Of a stretch of 64,000 nucleotides of DNA, positions 21,761 through 34,228 are shown one piece after another. Every line of letters begins with the position of its first letter. The first letter of the stretch is position 1. The notes under the pieces are model-generated. The model saw nothing but the letters and a program-made list of their open reading frames with translations. It was not told the origin of the DNA and made no database searches. The DNA lies in assembly GCA_964187785.1 (NCBI GenBank), contig OZ076409.1, forward strand, positions 43,712,001-43,776,000. The letters are read 5' to 3'. This stretch comes from Amphiscolops sp. MND2022 (lineage: Eukaryota). A program made the position numbers and the translations under genes.

Positions 21761-23047
21761 CTGAGGTGTTAAGATGAAGAACACGTGAAACCGAAGTCAA
21801 TTTCGTCGATTTACAAACAGAAGCTGTTACTTTCAGTCGGCGCTTTTCGTAAGAGAAAAGTGTCCGACTATTACAGTGGCTTCTTAGTCGGCGCTTTCTC
21901 GAGAATTTGTTTTGAATCAGAAAAAAATGCCCTGTATTTTCAGTCTAATAGCTTAGAAGTACATGTATTATGATAGGCTATAAGAATTGCATTTAGAAAG
22001 TTGATTTTTATTTGAAATCGAAAAAGTTTTTTTATCAACTCATTAGCATCATCAGGAGATTTGGAGGCAAATGATTGGGTGAAAATTTGTCAAATTCTTT
22101 TTTTACACCTAAAATCATCTCCTTATCGTACGTGATCCTCTTGAGGTCTATCGATGGATAGGAGATCAGATCAGCGATGTATTATGCAACTTGAACCATA
22201 TCGTTTTGTTATTTGTTTCCAAATGAAAGCATTCCCAACACGAGTGCGAACAGTTAGAAAAGCATCTAGCTCTGGTATGTTTGACATCATTTTTTGTCCC
22301 TGGGATCAGATCTGTTGCCAGTGGTTTCCTTGTCTGGGTCCATGTAAAAATAGTTTGGCTGCTGGGAAAGCTTGGATGCATTGTAAGTTGATTATTTGCT
22401 CTTACTTTCAAAGGTGGTTGGCATCATTATGAAAATTTGAAACCCAGAATAACCTATCAGATGATTTTTCTATTTTGAGCTACCCAATTTTAAGTTCTAT
22501 GGATTCTACAAACTGTCTAGAATCCAGTGTTGTGTTTTTTGTCTGAAGCATTTTGAATGAATTGATAACCGCTGTTTTCCATTGTAAAAAATTAAATATC
22601 AATCTTGAACATATTCTTCAAGATTTTTCTTTTGAGCCTTGTTACCACTTCTTACACAATTGCTTATTTTTGAAACCAAAACATTATATCCATGGTTTCA
22701 ATGGTTTTGGGTGAGTTGATTGAATATAAAATTTGCCAAAATCTAACTTTGCTCAATTTTGGCCTTTTTTAACTTCTGAATTTTTTGTCACAGATTTTTC
22801 AACTAAAATCAATATACACTATACGATTTCTTAATCACAGTACTGAATTTCCGTTACTTTGGTATCATTTACTGTAACCACAGCATAAATTTGAAAATTA
22901 ATAGGATTTCACTGGATTGTTTTCAGTTGAGCTAACGTTGCAAAAGATGTTGTGTGAAATAATTATTCAATAAACATCTAACAAATCACATAACGGCAAC
23001 TATTCTACTCGTAGCTACTGGTACAAGGGAAGAGGAAGATTATGTGG

Positions 23048-23248
23048 TTATAAGAGACACCACTCGTTGGCAAATGTGTTGATGCGAACTGTCTCATCGT
23101 CCGCGATGTCTCTGTAGTCTCGGGGAGTCATTCTCTGCTTGGTTATTGGGTCCTCAAACGACATCTGCGTCTGAAGCGGTGAGTGTGGCCCAATGCTGAT
23201 GCTTCTTGGTTTGTAATCCGTATCAATCAAATCTAAATACAAGCCCAT
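23048..23248 (-). CDS. Possible small host ORF/exon (66 aa, ends NEWCLL)
   Basis: GC-richer island in AT-rich DNA, with a ttttacag acceptor ~40 nt upstream of the ATG. No recognised homology. Confidence 0.25.
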   Translation of the reverse strand: MGLYLDLIDTDYKPRSISIGPHSPLQTQMSFEDPITKQRMTPRDYRDIADDETVRINTFANEWCLL

Positions 23249-24479
23249 ATTTTATATACATTCCAATCTGGTATCCGTTTCGGTATCCTGTAAAATACAA
23301 AATATCCGAGATCCATGGATTGATCCATGGATTGAGCTGCAGCTATCCAATATCAGGTTAGAAAAAAGTGGCCAGATATTTTACTCAAAAACGGTTCAGA
23401 GTTGGTAAAACTGTTTTTTTAATGACTACGGCGCCATTGAGTAATTGACAGAATGGTTGAGACCATATGTCATCTAGAACCACCCCCAGCCCCCAGGCAC
23501 ACCTTGTTGGGAATATTCCCCCAACACGAAAGCATATTTGAATAAAAATATTTCACTAATGAGAGAATATTAGATGAATGTAAATACTTAAAGGATTGTT
23601 TCTACAACTATTTGGACGCTTCAGGAAAAATTACCCTAATTTTTTGATGCTATCGTACAAAATAGCAGAAATTCACGTTTGGAACAAGGTACAATCGTAT
23701 AAAAAGCCCCTATTTAGCGCAAATTTTGTCTCCTATAAAATCTAATAGGCAACTTTTACCTGACAGTCAATGTAATTGATAGGATTATGTCGACATTAAT
23801 TATTTTATTGGACCAAAATTTCAACGCAAACGATGTCGACATAATGATATTTGAACCTTCTGTCTTATTTCCCCGCAGTTTGGGGGGGGGGATAGGTGAC
23901 ATGGTCCGATGGTTGCCTTGCTCCAGTTGTTTTTCTTTGCAATCCGACTGATTGCACTGAGCTTTAAGATCCTCTACAGCGGAAAAAAATCCCAAAGTTT
24001 GTCAGTACGTGTATCCATTGATCTGAAAAATTCATTTATTCTTTACCACCAATCCTCTCCCACCCAACAGTTTCAGCAGTAGGATCTTTAGAAGGATCAA
24101 GCAAACCCTATATTGTTCCACGATTGCACGATGGAACATGAAAGCCTAGCATGGATCTTGGAATTACATAGTTATCTTTCAGCATTCCCGTCGCTTTTCA
24201 TTTCTTTTCCTTCTTCGGGTTCAAATTTAACCTCTAGATTGACACACGGATCCAATGCAACATGGATTTCCATGCAATCCCATACATTATTTTTTCATGC
24301 AACACTTTCAGACAGTTGCTTTACGCGGTTTAGCTGAATTGGGCGACCACTTAACTAGCCGATTGATCAATTGGAAGTCTAATGGCTGCTTCTAAATTAT
24401 CATTGGTTGAATCAGATTTGCTGAAACATTTCGATTACGCAATCATTACGGTAATCAAGATTGCTATGCTGGAAACATT

Positions 24480-25300
24480 CCCAGTGACACGAATCTTGGC
24501 ACGCTTGCCAAGATGCATGGGTATGCTTGCCAAGATCTTGGCAAGATCTTGCCAAGATCTTACCAAGGCTACCATGATCATGCAAGATCATGGCAAGGCT
24601 GACCATGCGTCTTACCAAGCGTACCAAGATTTTCCATGTATCTTACCAAGCTTTTCCATGTGTCTTGCCAAGCATACCAAGATTTTTCTATCCATCTTGC
24701 CAATCCAACCAGGATTTTTTCATGCATTTTTCAGTAATTAGAACCCGTTATCTCAATAGATCAGGTAATAGCTAATTCTAAACAAATAATAGCTAGAAAA
24801 GTTGGTTTTCACACCGATATCGCAAACCCGCAAGTTGCAATAACTTGATTCGGAGTTTGCTTGGTATGATAAGTCATGTTAGTAGTAACAATGCCGTGCT
24901 CTCAAGTAACAAAACTCGGTCAATAAGTGCAGCAAATTATTGAGCAAATTTTGGATAATTTTCAATTAAAAACTATTTTCAATCAATAAATATTATGTTA
25001 TTAAGTTATTACAATGGCTAATTCAAAAATTGCAGACGACAAAGAATTTTTGCGAAAAGAATAAATTATGCACAATTAATACCAGCTTACATGTCTTACC
25101 ATGGTTATCTTGTCAAGATCTTGCCATGATCTTGCCATGATCTTGGCAAGCATTTCCACATGGAACGCTTGTCAAGATCTTGCCAAGATCTTGCCAAGCG
25201 TAGCATGCATCATGTTTTTCCATGCGTCTTGGTAAGCCTACCATGCGTTTCCATGTTTTTCCAAGATCTTGGCAAGGCTACCAAGATTCGTGTCACTGGG
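24480..25300. mobile_element. MITE with CCCAG termini and 2-bp TSD (CMC/EnSpm-like), subterminal cttgccaagat arrays
   Basis: TIR cccagtgacacgaatcttgg / ccaagattcgtgtcactggg, flanked by TT on both sides. Repeated gccaagatcttggc motifs at both ends. Confidence 0.75.
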
Positions 25301-27972
25301 TTGCGCTGAAGCATCAGAATAGTTGACAAAGATACATAGGTTATACACAAAGTGTTAATAGGCCCATCATTAAATAATAGACAATCATGATTGGGAAAAA
25401 TTTTGATAGAAAATTTTGTCACTGGATTTCTATCCCAATCACGATTATTGGTTTTTAAATAAGCGATGCACTGTGAAGTACTCAAAACGTAAAAAGGCAG
25501 CGTCATTATGATCACATTTGAATGTGGTATTAAAAATAATATAAACAAGCCAGGAACGTCATAAGTCTCCGCCCGCTTCATCTCAAAAAGAAGAAAAAAA
25601 TACTTCAAAGCGTTAAGGATTCTCTTTTAAACAAATTCCCAATTTCACAGTAAAGAAAAAACTCAAACGAGAACCCTTTGGGTTAAAAATGGCTTTTTGG
25701 ATTTTATTCTCAACAGAAAGATCAACAAACCAAAACTTTTTTCTCTTCACATCAGAAATCATGCAATCCACGCGAAAAAAATATTCGAACAAGAAGAAAC
25801 TCCCAAACAAATTGCATAGTGCCAAAGAAACCCAAAAAGGTCACAACTTCTTGGACTTGGATTTAAAAACGCTGTTTCTATCCAAAATCCAGAAGGGGGA
25901 CTCCTTTGAAAATTTTTTATGAAAAAAAATCTCACATGTCCAGCGCCGACTAAAAACTAGTCACAGTCTACTGCCTAAATTTATTTAAGTCTTTCAACTA
26001 AAGTTTCCAAATTGAACTATACTAATACTGTTTTCTGACAAACTGTTCTAAAAAAAATCTACAAAAGCGTCATTTTGTATTGGAAAAACTTGCTAATTTG
26101 GCAAGTGGCCAGCACGCGAGGTTCAGATGCATGAGTACGTGGGTGCTGTAAGGACTTAGGTCCGTGTCTTCTCTAATGTCGTAAGCGGATCTAAAATACT
26201 TCTTTGATAACTTCATTTATGACCCACCTGGCTTATCGCCGAGGCCCTGATAGCAAATGGACGTACTCGTCCCAGTGTCTTTTTCTTCCAAAGGCAATTT
26301 GTTAACTATGTTTTTAATCACTGGGATAACCCTGCCATTTATGGCAGAGACAATCGCCACATTATATTCAACATACATCACACTCATCATTGAGTCCATT
26401 TCCCGAGAGTCTTAATTTCATTTCATCGAAAAATATTTCCATAGATTCTGAAAGTCTTTTAGGCCTAGAGGTCTCATTCCCCGTTCTCCATATTTCTGAG
26501 CTGGGAAGACCTCAATTGCTTGAGCTGACTTTTCTCTATGTTGGGGATTGGCCCTAGAGTCTTTTTGACTGGCCGGTCCGCCCATTATAATCTATAATTC
26601 GCTGTTAATTGAATTCGAGTTGTTTTCCCAAAACATTGGGTCCATATTATTGTAATTAGATAAAATATCCTCTTTTTTTGGTGCGTCTTGCTCGAGCTTT
26701 CTGTTTTCTTCTTGAAGGCATTGGAAAGGTTTTTTTCAGAATAAAAATTGTAATTTGCTGTTTTTATCGTGATATTAACATTCCAAGAGTTTACTGATAG
26801 TCCAGAACGAAAACGTTAAACGTATCAATATGTTACTGCAAATTTTCAAAGAATTGTGTCTGACGCCTCACAAACTTGGGTTTATATATCCTGAGCGGGA
26901 TGATTCTCAAATTATGCGAAGCCATGCTACTAAATACTGCTCCGAAAAAATCTAAAAACGGCAACTATCATCATCGTCAAACTAAAAAGAACTTCCAAGG
27001 AGACCTCACACCCATTTGTTTACTTAGCCTTCTTCGGCCAAGAGTATTTCACGAGAAGATTATGGTTAACAAATCAGCCTTCACATGTGAAAGAATAAAA
27101 CACTTTTATGAATGTTTTTAATGAAATCGTGTAGCGTCAAATCTTGGCCTGTAAATAGAAACGTACCATCGGTCCATTTCCAAAGTTGGTTTGGAACAGT
27201 TTAAAAAACAGTTTTGGAATGTATCTTCCGTACAAAAATTTGGCCACATAGCTTCATCACATGGCACTTGTCTTTGTTGTTTCATTTTATTGGAGGGTGA
27301 AAATGAAATATTTGAAGAGCACCTTTATGCATAAGTTGAAAAGAGGCCGTTCCGGGCTAATTGCCTTAATGGCTATTCCCTTGAAGGCGGCTAGCCTTAC
27401 TCGGTTGAAAGCGCACATTATATATAAATTAAAATGTATATCTCAAATGCAAGCACTGTATGACTGTACTGGACAAGCAGACATTCGAACACTTTTCCTG
27501 CCTGTCAGTAATCGTTTGACGTCAAATGATTTTACATCCACATATGTATAACATACAAGAATAATGTATTAACAAAAGTTTTGAATTTAGTTCTAAGCTT
27601 TGCAGGTTCTTTAGTTAAGGGGTCGATCTTGGCAGGGCTCTCTCGTAGCTTTGGTAAAACGAGTACCAATTCCCATTACAGGTGGCAATCACGCCCAGGG
27701 CCGAAATTTAAATAATTTTTCCAAATTGAACTATACTAATACCGGCTTGTGATAAAACGTTAAAAAATGACAAAAGTGTTATTTCTGATCTATGGAAATG
27801 CAAGGAAGAAGGCGAGATTTCGAACTTGAGCAGTTCCGAATTTTTGAATAAATGGAAAAATTTTGTTATTCATGTAACTCAATGAAGATAAACGATGTTC
27901 TATATCCTAAATATTTACGTTCCTTCTGTATGTGAACCAGGTTTGACCAGGAAGTAGGCAAAAGACGCTCTC

Positions 27973-28074
27973 TTTAAAAATGCCATTTCTGAACACCTAA
28001 TGCAAGAACTAGTTTCAAGATCGCGATCTTGAAACTTGTTCTTGCATTAGGTGTTCAGAAATGGCATTTTTAAA
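27973..28074. repeat. 102-bp near-perfect palindrome with no spacer
   Basis: 51-bp arms centred on tcg|cga (28023/28024), one mismatch. Confidence 0.9.
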
Positions 28075-29356
28075 ATGAGTGTTGTAGTATGCGAAAAACA
28101 TCGCAGTTTCCTTGCGCTCCCTGGGTGACGACAAGATTGGAATGAGAAATCCTAGTTGACGCAGACAAAATTCATTGAATCACAAAAGATTGATCAGTAT
28201 TGAATTGTCAGTCAGGAACAATCCTGAATCAAAAACTGGGAAGAGAGGAACGGGTGGGGAGAAAGAAAAGATACTGGCAAAAGTTTTTCTAGAAAGTAAC
28301 CGAAAAACTAAAGGAACAGTGGCTGATTTTCCGGCGTTGAGATTATGCGCAAAAAATTATAGCAGTAACAAATTTAATCATCTGAAAGATGAAAGATTTT
28401 ATCAACTTCAATTTAAATTCGTTTTTATGAAATGAGCAACTTCGGTTTCGACAGCGACATCCAATGTCAGCGTCATCCAATTCGACAGTCTACAGCTGCT
28501 TGTGGAAAGCTGATGTATTATTCGTAATACCTTTTGTTCACACTTTTTATATAAAGAAGATTATAATTTGTTTTGAAGTGGATAAAAACCTCTCTGGAAG
28601 AACTCAAAAGCTTCATTGGGCCACAAAATGGGGAAAGCGAAAAAAATTAAAAAACGAAGGATTTTAGCGCAAGATAGTTTCATCGTAATTTTCAACTGTT
28701 GCTGTCTCCTTCTCGCTAATTTCTTCTCATTTCCATAGCAGTAACAAATTCATCTTAATTCATGTGATTAATCTAGCAAACTTGGACAAAATATCTAAAT
28801 CTGGAATATGACTTTGAAAAGCTGATTCGCTTAAGCGGTCAACAAAATCTGCTCGTATTTTCAAACTGATGATGTCAATTAGAGGGAAGTATAAGAAGAA
28901 AATCATCTTATGAACTGAAGTCTTTCCTTTTTTCAAATCTACTATGTGTTAAGTCTGCTTCACAATGATAATTATCAAGCCAGTATTTTAAAAACGCAAA
29001 CAGGATGCTGCTAAAAACATTAAATCAGTGACGAAAAAAAAGCGAACTAAACATTGAGCAGTGGTATTGCTAAACCAACACATACATTTTCTCTGATGTA
29101 TCCTTCAAGAACAATTGATGATTCGCAAAGGAATATTCCTGAGCTTTGGGCAATTTTTGGCCAATTAGATTCAAAATTCATTGAACAATTCAAAATTTAT
29201 TGCCGCTACATTATATCACTGCAGTAGAAAAACACAATGAGAAAAATTGTCCAACGTCATAGCTATTCAGTCCATATCAAGTTCTCAAATCAAAAAACTT
29301 TACTTTATCAAACAAACCACTTCACGCGAAATAAGATTCGATGCAGATAATTTAAT

Positions 29357-32300
29357 TGTAGGATTTTTGACTTTTCGCTCATGATTTGGTGTTTATTAAA
29401 TTTTAGTTCATCAGCAAGGTAGATTTTACGGGGTGATATCGTATAAAAGTAAAGATTACAATAAGTACCTCAAGTACCTTACACTATTGTTTAATGTCAA
29501 TAATATTGTCTTTAGTCTCGCGGACTACTAAAAGAACCATTCTTAGCTGCTATGAAGCGACCGCGCAACGTATTAATGCAGTGAGACGGCCGCCACCACC
29601 TAAACCTATGTAAGAAAATTCTATTCGGAACGAAACTTTAACATTGAATTTCTCAATACCTATTGCGAATATAAGAAAAATTAAACCACCAAAATGTTCC
29701 TTTTTGACCTGACTACGTGTTGAGTAAACCTTTAAGAACTTTTCAGTAATGAATTTCCACAGAAAAAGCATTAGAAGTCATAAAATACTGTGAAAAGAAA
29801 TTTAGTCAAATTACTATGTTAATACATGTATTTGAGGGTATGCGAGAGTGAAACTTCACAGTACGCGGTATAAGCATTGAATGCAACTCACCTAAGCGTG
29901 TCAGAAAGCGAAAGGAATGAAAATTAGAACGCGCTGTGAGTGGCTGTACGCGTAGCTAATAAGAAAACGGCCGCCGCACACTTTGAATTAATCCCCCCTC
30001 TTAATAGAAATTAAAAATCAAAACCCGATTTCTCGAAGATGAAAAAAGATAGCAACAAACGGTTTTCAACATTCGAAAGCCCATCCACAGGAGAGCTTAA
30101 GTTGAGAATATGAGCGTTGTGCGACCCCGGGAACCTATCGGGGGGAAGCTTTGAAAATAAGTGCATTTAAAATTTTGACGATTTTCCAAAATTGAGTTTC
30201 GTTTAAAAATTTCGTGTGATCGCTACAGTTGTCAGAAAATGTTCGGATATGGCTCAAATTAAAGATAAATGGATGCCCTAACTTGTGTTAATTGGAAAAT
30301 AAATAATCTTCAGTAGTTGTTGAGAACTGAGCCAGCAAACGTTAAAAACAGCCCTAAAATGGCCTAAAAAGCCGTTTTTCGCATGTTATCGCTTAGTACT
30401 CAACGTGTAAGCACACAATAGCCGCCCCCTTCACAGCGTACTTGCGAATTGAAGTGGAAAAGTGAATAGAATAATAAATAGAGTGCTGCGGCGCGCTAGC
30501 GAAGAACCCCCAAGAATTTAAAGTTGTGATTTCTTTCTGCCGATAGGGATGTCGACCTACCAAAATGCGAACCCCCCCCGCACGTTTTGGGCGATATCGA
30601 GCTGAAACTTTCAGTGTAGACGCACAAGACCCAGGCGCACAGCGTTTAGCAGAAGCGTTTTTCCGAAAAATGCCCTGGTTTCGAGATATTGGCCTCCAAA
30701 GTTGAAAGTCCAGACATAAAAATCGGGAAAATGACTACTTTCAGAAAAAGTACTATCAAATTTTGTTGAGAAAAGATAGAGACCTCATCTAAAGTGCAAA
30801 ATACTCCTAATGGCTTGGGCTAACGATGTATATAAGCCCCAGCCTGTATCTTTCAAATTGACTGAGTACTAGCACTCCAAAGTTGAGATTTGCGTGAAAA
30901 CCGATGGGTGATTTTTGACTACCAAACTTTAAAGGCGTTTTTCATTGTGAAGGAGTTGAAATAGAAAGAAAACCATGGAGTAAGTTTTTGTAGCCCACGA
31001 TTTGTACTCCCCGTGAGTTTTTGCTCCCCGTGATCGGAACACCTTGTTTTAGCCCTTAGAAGTTGTAACACGAAAATCGACTTTTTTGATATGAATTGAA
31101 ATCGCCTTTTAGGTCATTGTAAATTGTAGAAAATTGTTTCCTTCAGCCATTTTTAGCTGAAGAGAGTTGCCAGGAACCGCGTGAGAAAAAGAGACCTGGC
31201 AAAAAGTGCAAATGTCAATCAGTAAGCCGAAGTTCAAGTCGTGCTTACAAAAGTGGGAAACACTGAGTCAGTAGCACCACCCCTTAAATTCTATTGAAAA
31301 CGAAGTAAAACCATCAGTCATGATTGACAAGGAGGTGGAACTAGGACCGACTCGTGCTGAGAAAATGTACTTCTGATGAACTTTCAGTACCGAAGTAGGA
31401 AAAAACTGTATTGCTCAACACTTAGTCAGAACCGGAAAAAGGAAAGATGATAAACTATGAATAATGATATGACTAAACTGCCGAAAAAGTAACTTAGGCC
31501 GAAGTGTGCGCCATTTTAGCGACACACAAAGTGAGTTGAAATCTAGAGAACGGTTTGCTGCTTTGCGTCCGATAGCATCCCGCATCAGACACCGGACTAT
31601 CGAAATTGCAGATTTACTTCGTCTGGCCGGTTAGCCCGTGCCTTCAGCCTTACAACCTGAAGTTGCCTGATTTGTTGCTACCCCGCTTTTCGCTAGTACG
31701 GATTTCGACCCGGGAGTAGGGTGGACTGCTGGTCTATCGTATTACATGTAAAAGAGCCTAAGTGGGCTGATAATACACGGTTGAGCCTAAGTGGGCTGAT
31801 AATACACGGTTGAGCCTAAGTGGGTTGATAATACACGGTTGAGCCTAAGTGGGCTGATAATACACGGTTGAGCCTAAGTGGGCTGATAATACACGGTTGA
31901 GCCTAAGTGGGCTGATAATACACGGTTTAAGCCTAAGTGGGCTGATAATACACGGTTTAAGCCTAAGTGGGCTGATAATACACGGTTGAGCCTAAGTGGG
32001 CTGATAATACACGGTTGAGCCTAAGTGGGCTGATAATACACGGTTGAGCCTAAGTGGGCTGATAATACACGGTTTAAGTCTAAGTGGGCTGATAATACAC
32101 GGTTTAGGCCTAAGTGGGCTGATAATACACGGATTGTTGTTTTCACTCCAAGACCGATAGAGATTTTGCGGCGAGTTGATTCTTCCGATATCTTCGATAT
32201 CACCCCCATCCTTACGGATACAAAAAACTTAACCTTGCTGAAATCCTTGTATACTGTTCTCTTGTGTTATATGCCTCCTAATATGCCTCCTAATATGCCT

Positions 32301-32722
32301 CCTAATATACTCAGTAATATTCTCCGCTATTATCGATGTTATCATATTATTCATTCTATTATTCGTGGATGTGAAATTGTATTTGTGTCTATTACTCGAC
32401 TTATTTATTTGATGTGTAGTAATTAAAGTTCAACCTGCTTCTTTTCATCAGCGAAAAGATAATTTCAAACAGTCCAAGAGTAGCGAGACAAACCCCTGAA
32501 AGAGGGAAAAATAGCAAAGTTGTAAAGATCGTGATTTCCTTGTCACACTTACCCCCACCGCCTTCGATTAAGTTGATTCGTCTCTTCTTCGGAGTTAATA
32601 AAAATTTATGTAGATACTCAGCCAGTCCTTGTCTCGTGCATGGTACCTACGGGTTTAATTGAGTTGTAGTGGAGCTATTCTCAACAAATAGTTAAAGCTA
32701 CTGGAAAACTAAAAATCTTACA
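29357..32722 (+). repeat. 5' LTR of element B (3366 bp)
   Basis: tgtagga...tcttaca; repeated at 40579-43923. Confidence 0.95.
31754..32132. repeat. Tandem array, 13 x 29/30 bp (gagcctaagtgggctgataatacacggtt), in 5' LTR
   Basis: Counted directly; no spacers. Confidence 0.95.
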
Positions 32723-32723
32723 T

Positions 32724-32741
32724 TGGCGCTCCTGGGTGGGC
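32724..32741 (+). promoter_or_regulatory. PBS of element B (TGGCGCTCCTGGGTGGGC, tRNA-Asn-like)
   Basis: One nt after the LTR. Resembles the complement of the tRNA-Asn 3' end (TGGCGTCCCTGGGTGGGC as recalled). Confidence 0.75.
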
Positions 32742-32833
32742 TTTCTTTGCGTCTTTGTTAGTTCCTCTTTCTTTGCTTACTTCTCTCCCTTATCTTCCCT
32801 TCACCCCTTTTGAGTTGCTGAACCCTTTCAACG

Positions 32834-34228
32834 ATGTCTGGAGACGACGACAACGATCAGCAGATCTCCCCCGTCACCCAAGAAGATTCCAACGGCACCC
32901 ACACTCCCGTCACAGGTTGTAGTAAACCACTCCTCAGTAAGTCCACTAAATTTTCCTTCGTAGGATTGGCCGACACGGAAAAGGAGTGTAAACGAGATGC
33001 TTATCGGCGATTGAAAGAAATGGAAAAAGAAATAAAAAGATTCAAAATTGAAGCAGACCTAGATTCTGACGACTCCATGGTTCTTGAAAATGAATCCAAA
33101 AGAAGACAAAAACCTTTATATGAAAAGTCGCCAATAAAACCAGAAAAGTTCCCCGGCAAAGATTACAACCTCTGGGAAAATTGGGTAAAACACTTCAAAG
33201 CAGTTGCCAAAGCCAATGGGTGGAATGATAGTCAAAAAATTGCTGCAATACCTACTTGTTTAACATCTTGGGCTATTGAAGAATTTGAAACTGTCCCCAA
33301 AAGATATATTGAAAAAGAACCCGGTTCTTACCCCCCACGTTTTGATGAACTCCTTGAATTTTTGAAACCCAAAATGCAGCAAAATCGCAGCCAGCGAGCT
33401 ACGCGGTCGGAATTTAAAGCAGTTAAACAGTGGGAAAATGAAGACCTAAGAGACTACCCGAGAAGAGTACGTCAACTCGCTGATATAGCCTTTCCTGAAA
33501 AATCGCTCCGGGAAAGAGAACGCGATATGAGAGATCAATTTATTGAAGGGCTTTTTGATTCGCGAATACAACTTAGTTTGTATGAAGACGAGCGTGACCG
33601 TGATTTCGGGGAAACTTTGCAACGAGCACAGGAACTCGAAATAATCCACAAGACTCATGAATCAAAAAGAGAGCGGAAACTTGATAAATTGCGCTATTCG
33701 TATGACGAATATGAGGATCCCGATCTAGTGAGAGCTGGCTATTCGAGTAACAACCAAATCGAAGAAAAATTTGCCGCCCTTCAAACATCTTTAACCAATG
33801 TGGCAAGTCGCTTTGATCGATTTGAAAATTCCATCTGTCAGCAAATATCCAAGCAAACCGATCAAATAACGAAAAACTTAGAACAAAGTTCCTCGAAACA
33901 AGTCGAAATGATGACCAGACAAAACGAAATCCTAATGCAGGGTATGAAAGACATGTCATCTGCGATCGTAGGAGCGTTAGGAAGTTCGCAAAGGCCGGTT
34001 GGTGGGCAGCCTCAAAGTTGGCAAGCTCCCCGTTTTCAAGCCCCTCTCAATCCTAACTATCGCGCGCCTCTAAATAGGGCAGGATCGTCGGGTCAGCTAA
34101 ATGTTTCGCACCCTCCCCCCGAAGAAGCGGAATGTTTTAATTGTAAGGCGATAGGTCACTACGCTAAGCAATGTCCAAGTCTTCCGCAGTCTAATTCTTT
34201 AAACTATCGACAGCCGAGTATGCAGTAG
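32834..34228 (+). CDS. gag: Gag of element B, 464 aa
   Basis: KPEKFPG...HFKAVAKANGW capsid-like region, RDQFIEGL, and the knuckle CFNCKAIGHYAKQC. Slippery T TTA AAC at 34198-34204. Confidence 0.92.
   Translation: MSGDDDNDQQISPVTQEDSNGTHTPVTGCSKPLLSKSTKFSFVGLADTEKECKRDAYRRLKEMEKEIKRFKIEADLDSDDSMVLENESKRRQKPLYEKSPIKPEKFPGKDYNLWENWVKHFKAVAKANGWNDSQKIAAIPTCLTSWAIEEFETVPKRYIEKEPGSYPPRFDELLEFLKPKMQQNRSQRATRSEFKAVKQWENEDLRDYPRRVRQLADIAFPEKSLRERERDMRDQFIEGLFDSRIQLSLYEDERDRDFGETLQRAQELEIIHKTHESKRERKLDKLRYSYDEYEDPDLVRAGYSSNNQIEEKFAALQTSLTNVASRFDRFENSICQQISKQTDQITKNLEQSSSKQVEMMTRQNEILMQGMKDMSSAIVGALGSSQRPVGGQPQSWQAPRFQAPLNPNYRAPLNRAGSSGQLNVSHPPPEEAECFNCKAIGHYAKQCPSLPQSNSLNYRQPSMQ

Noticed and set aside
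21456..21800. ORFs spanning the gap
   Set aside because: Artefacts of N translation.
31365..31410. Hammerhead ribozyme (CTGATGA...GAAA)
   Set aside because: GAAA does not directly follow the stem II candidate, and stems I and III could not be formed.
31754..32132. CRISPR-like array (29-bp repeats)
   Set aside because: Units are contiguous with no unique spacers, there are no cas genes, and the array sits in a eukaryotic LTR.
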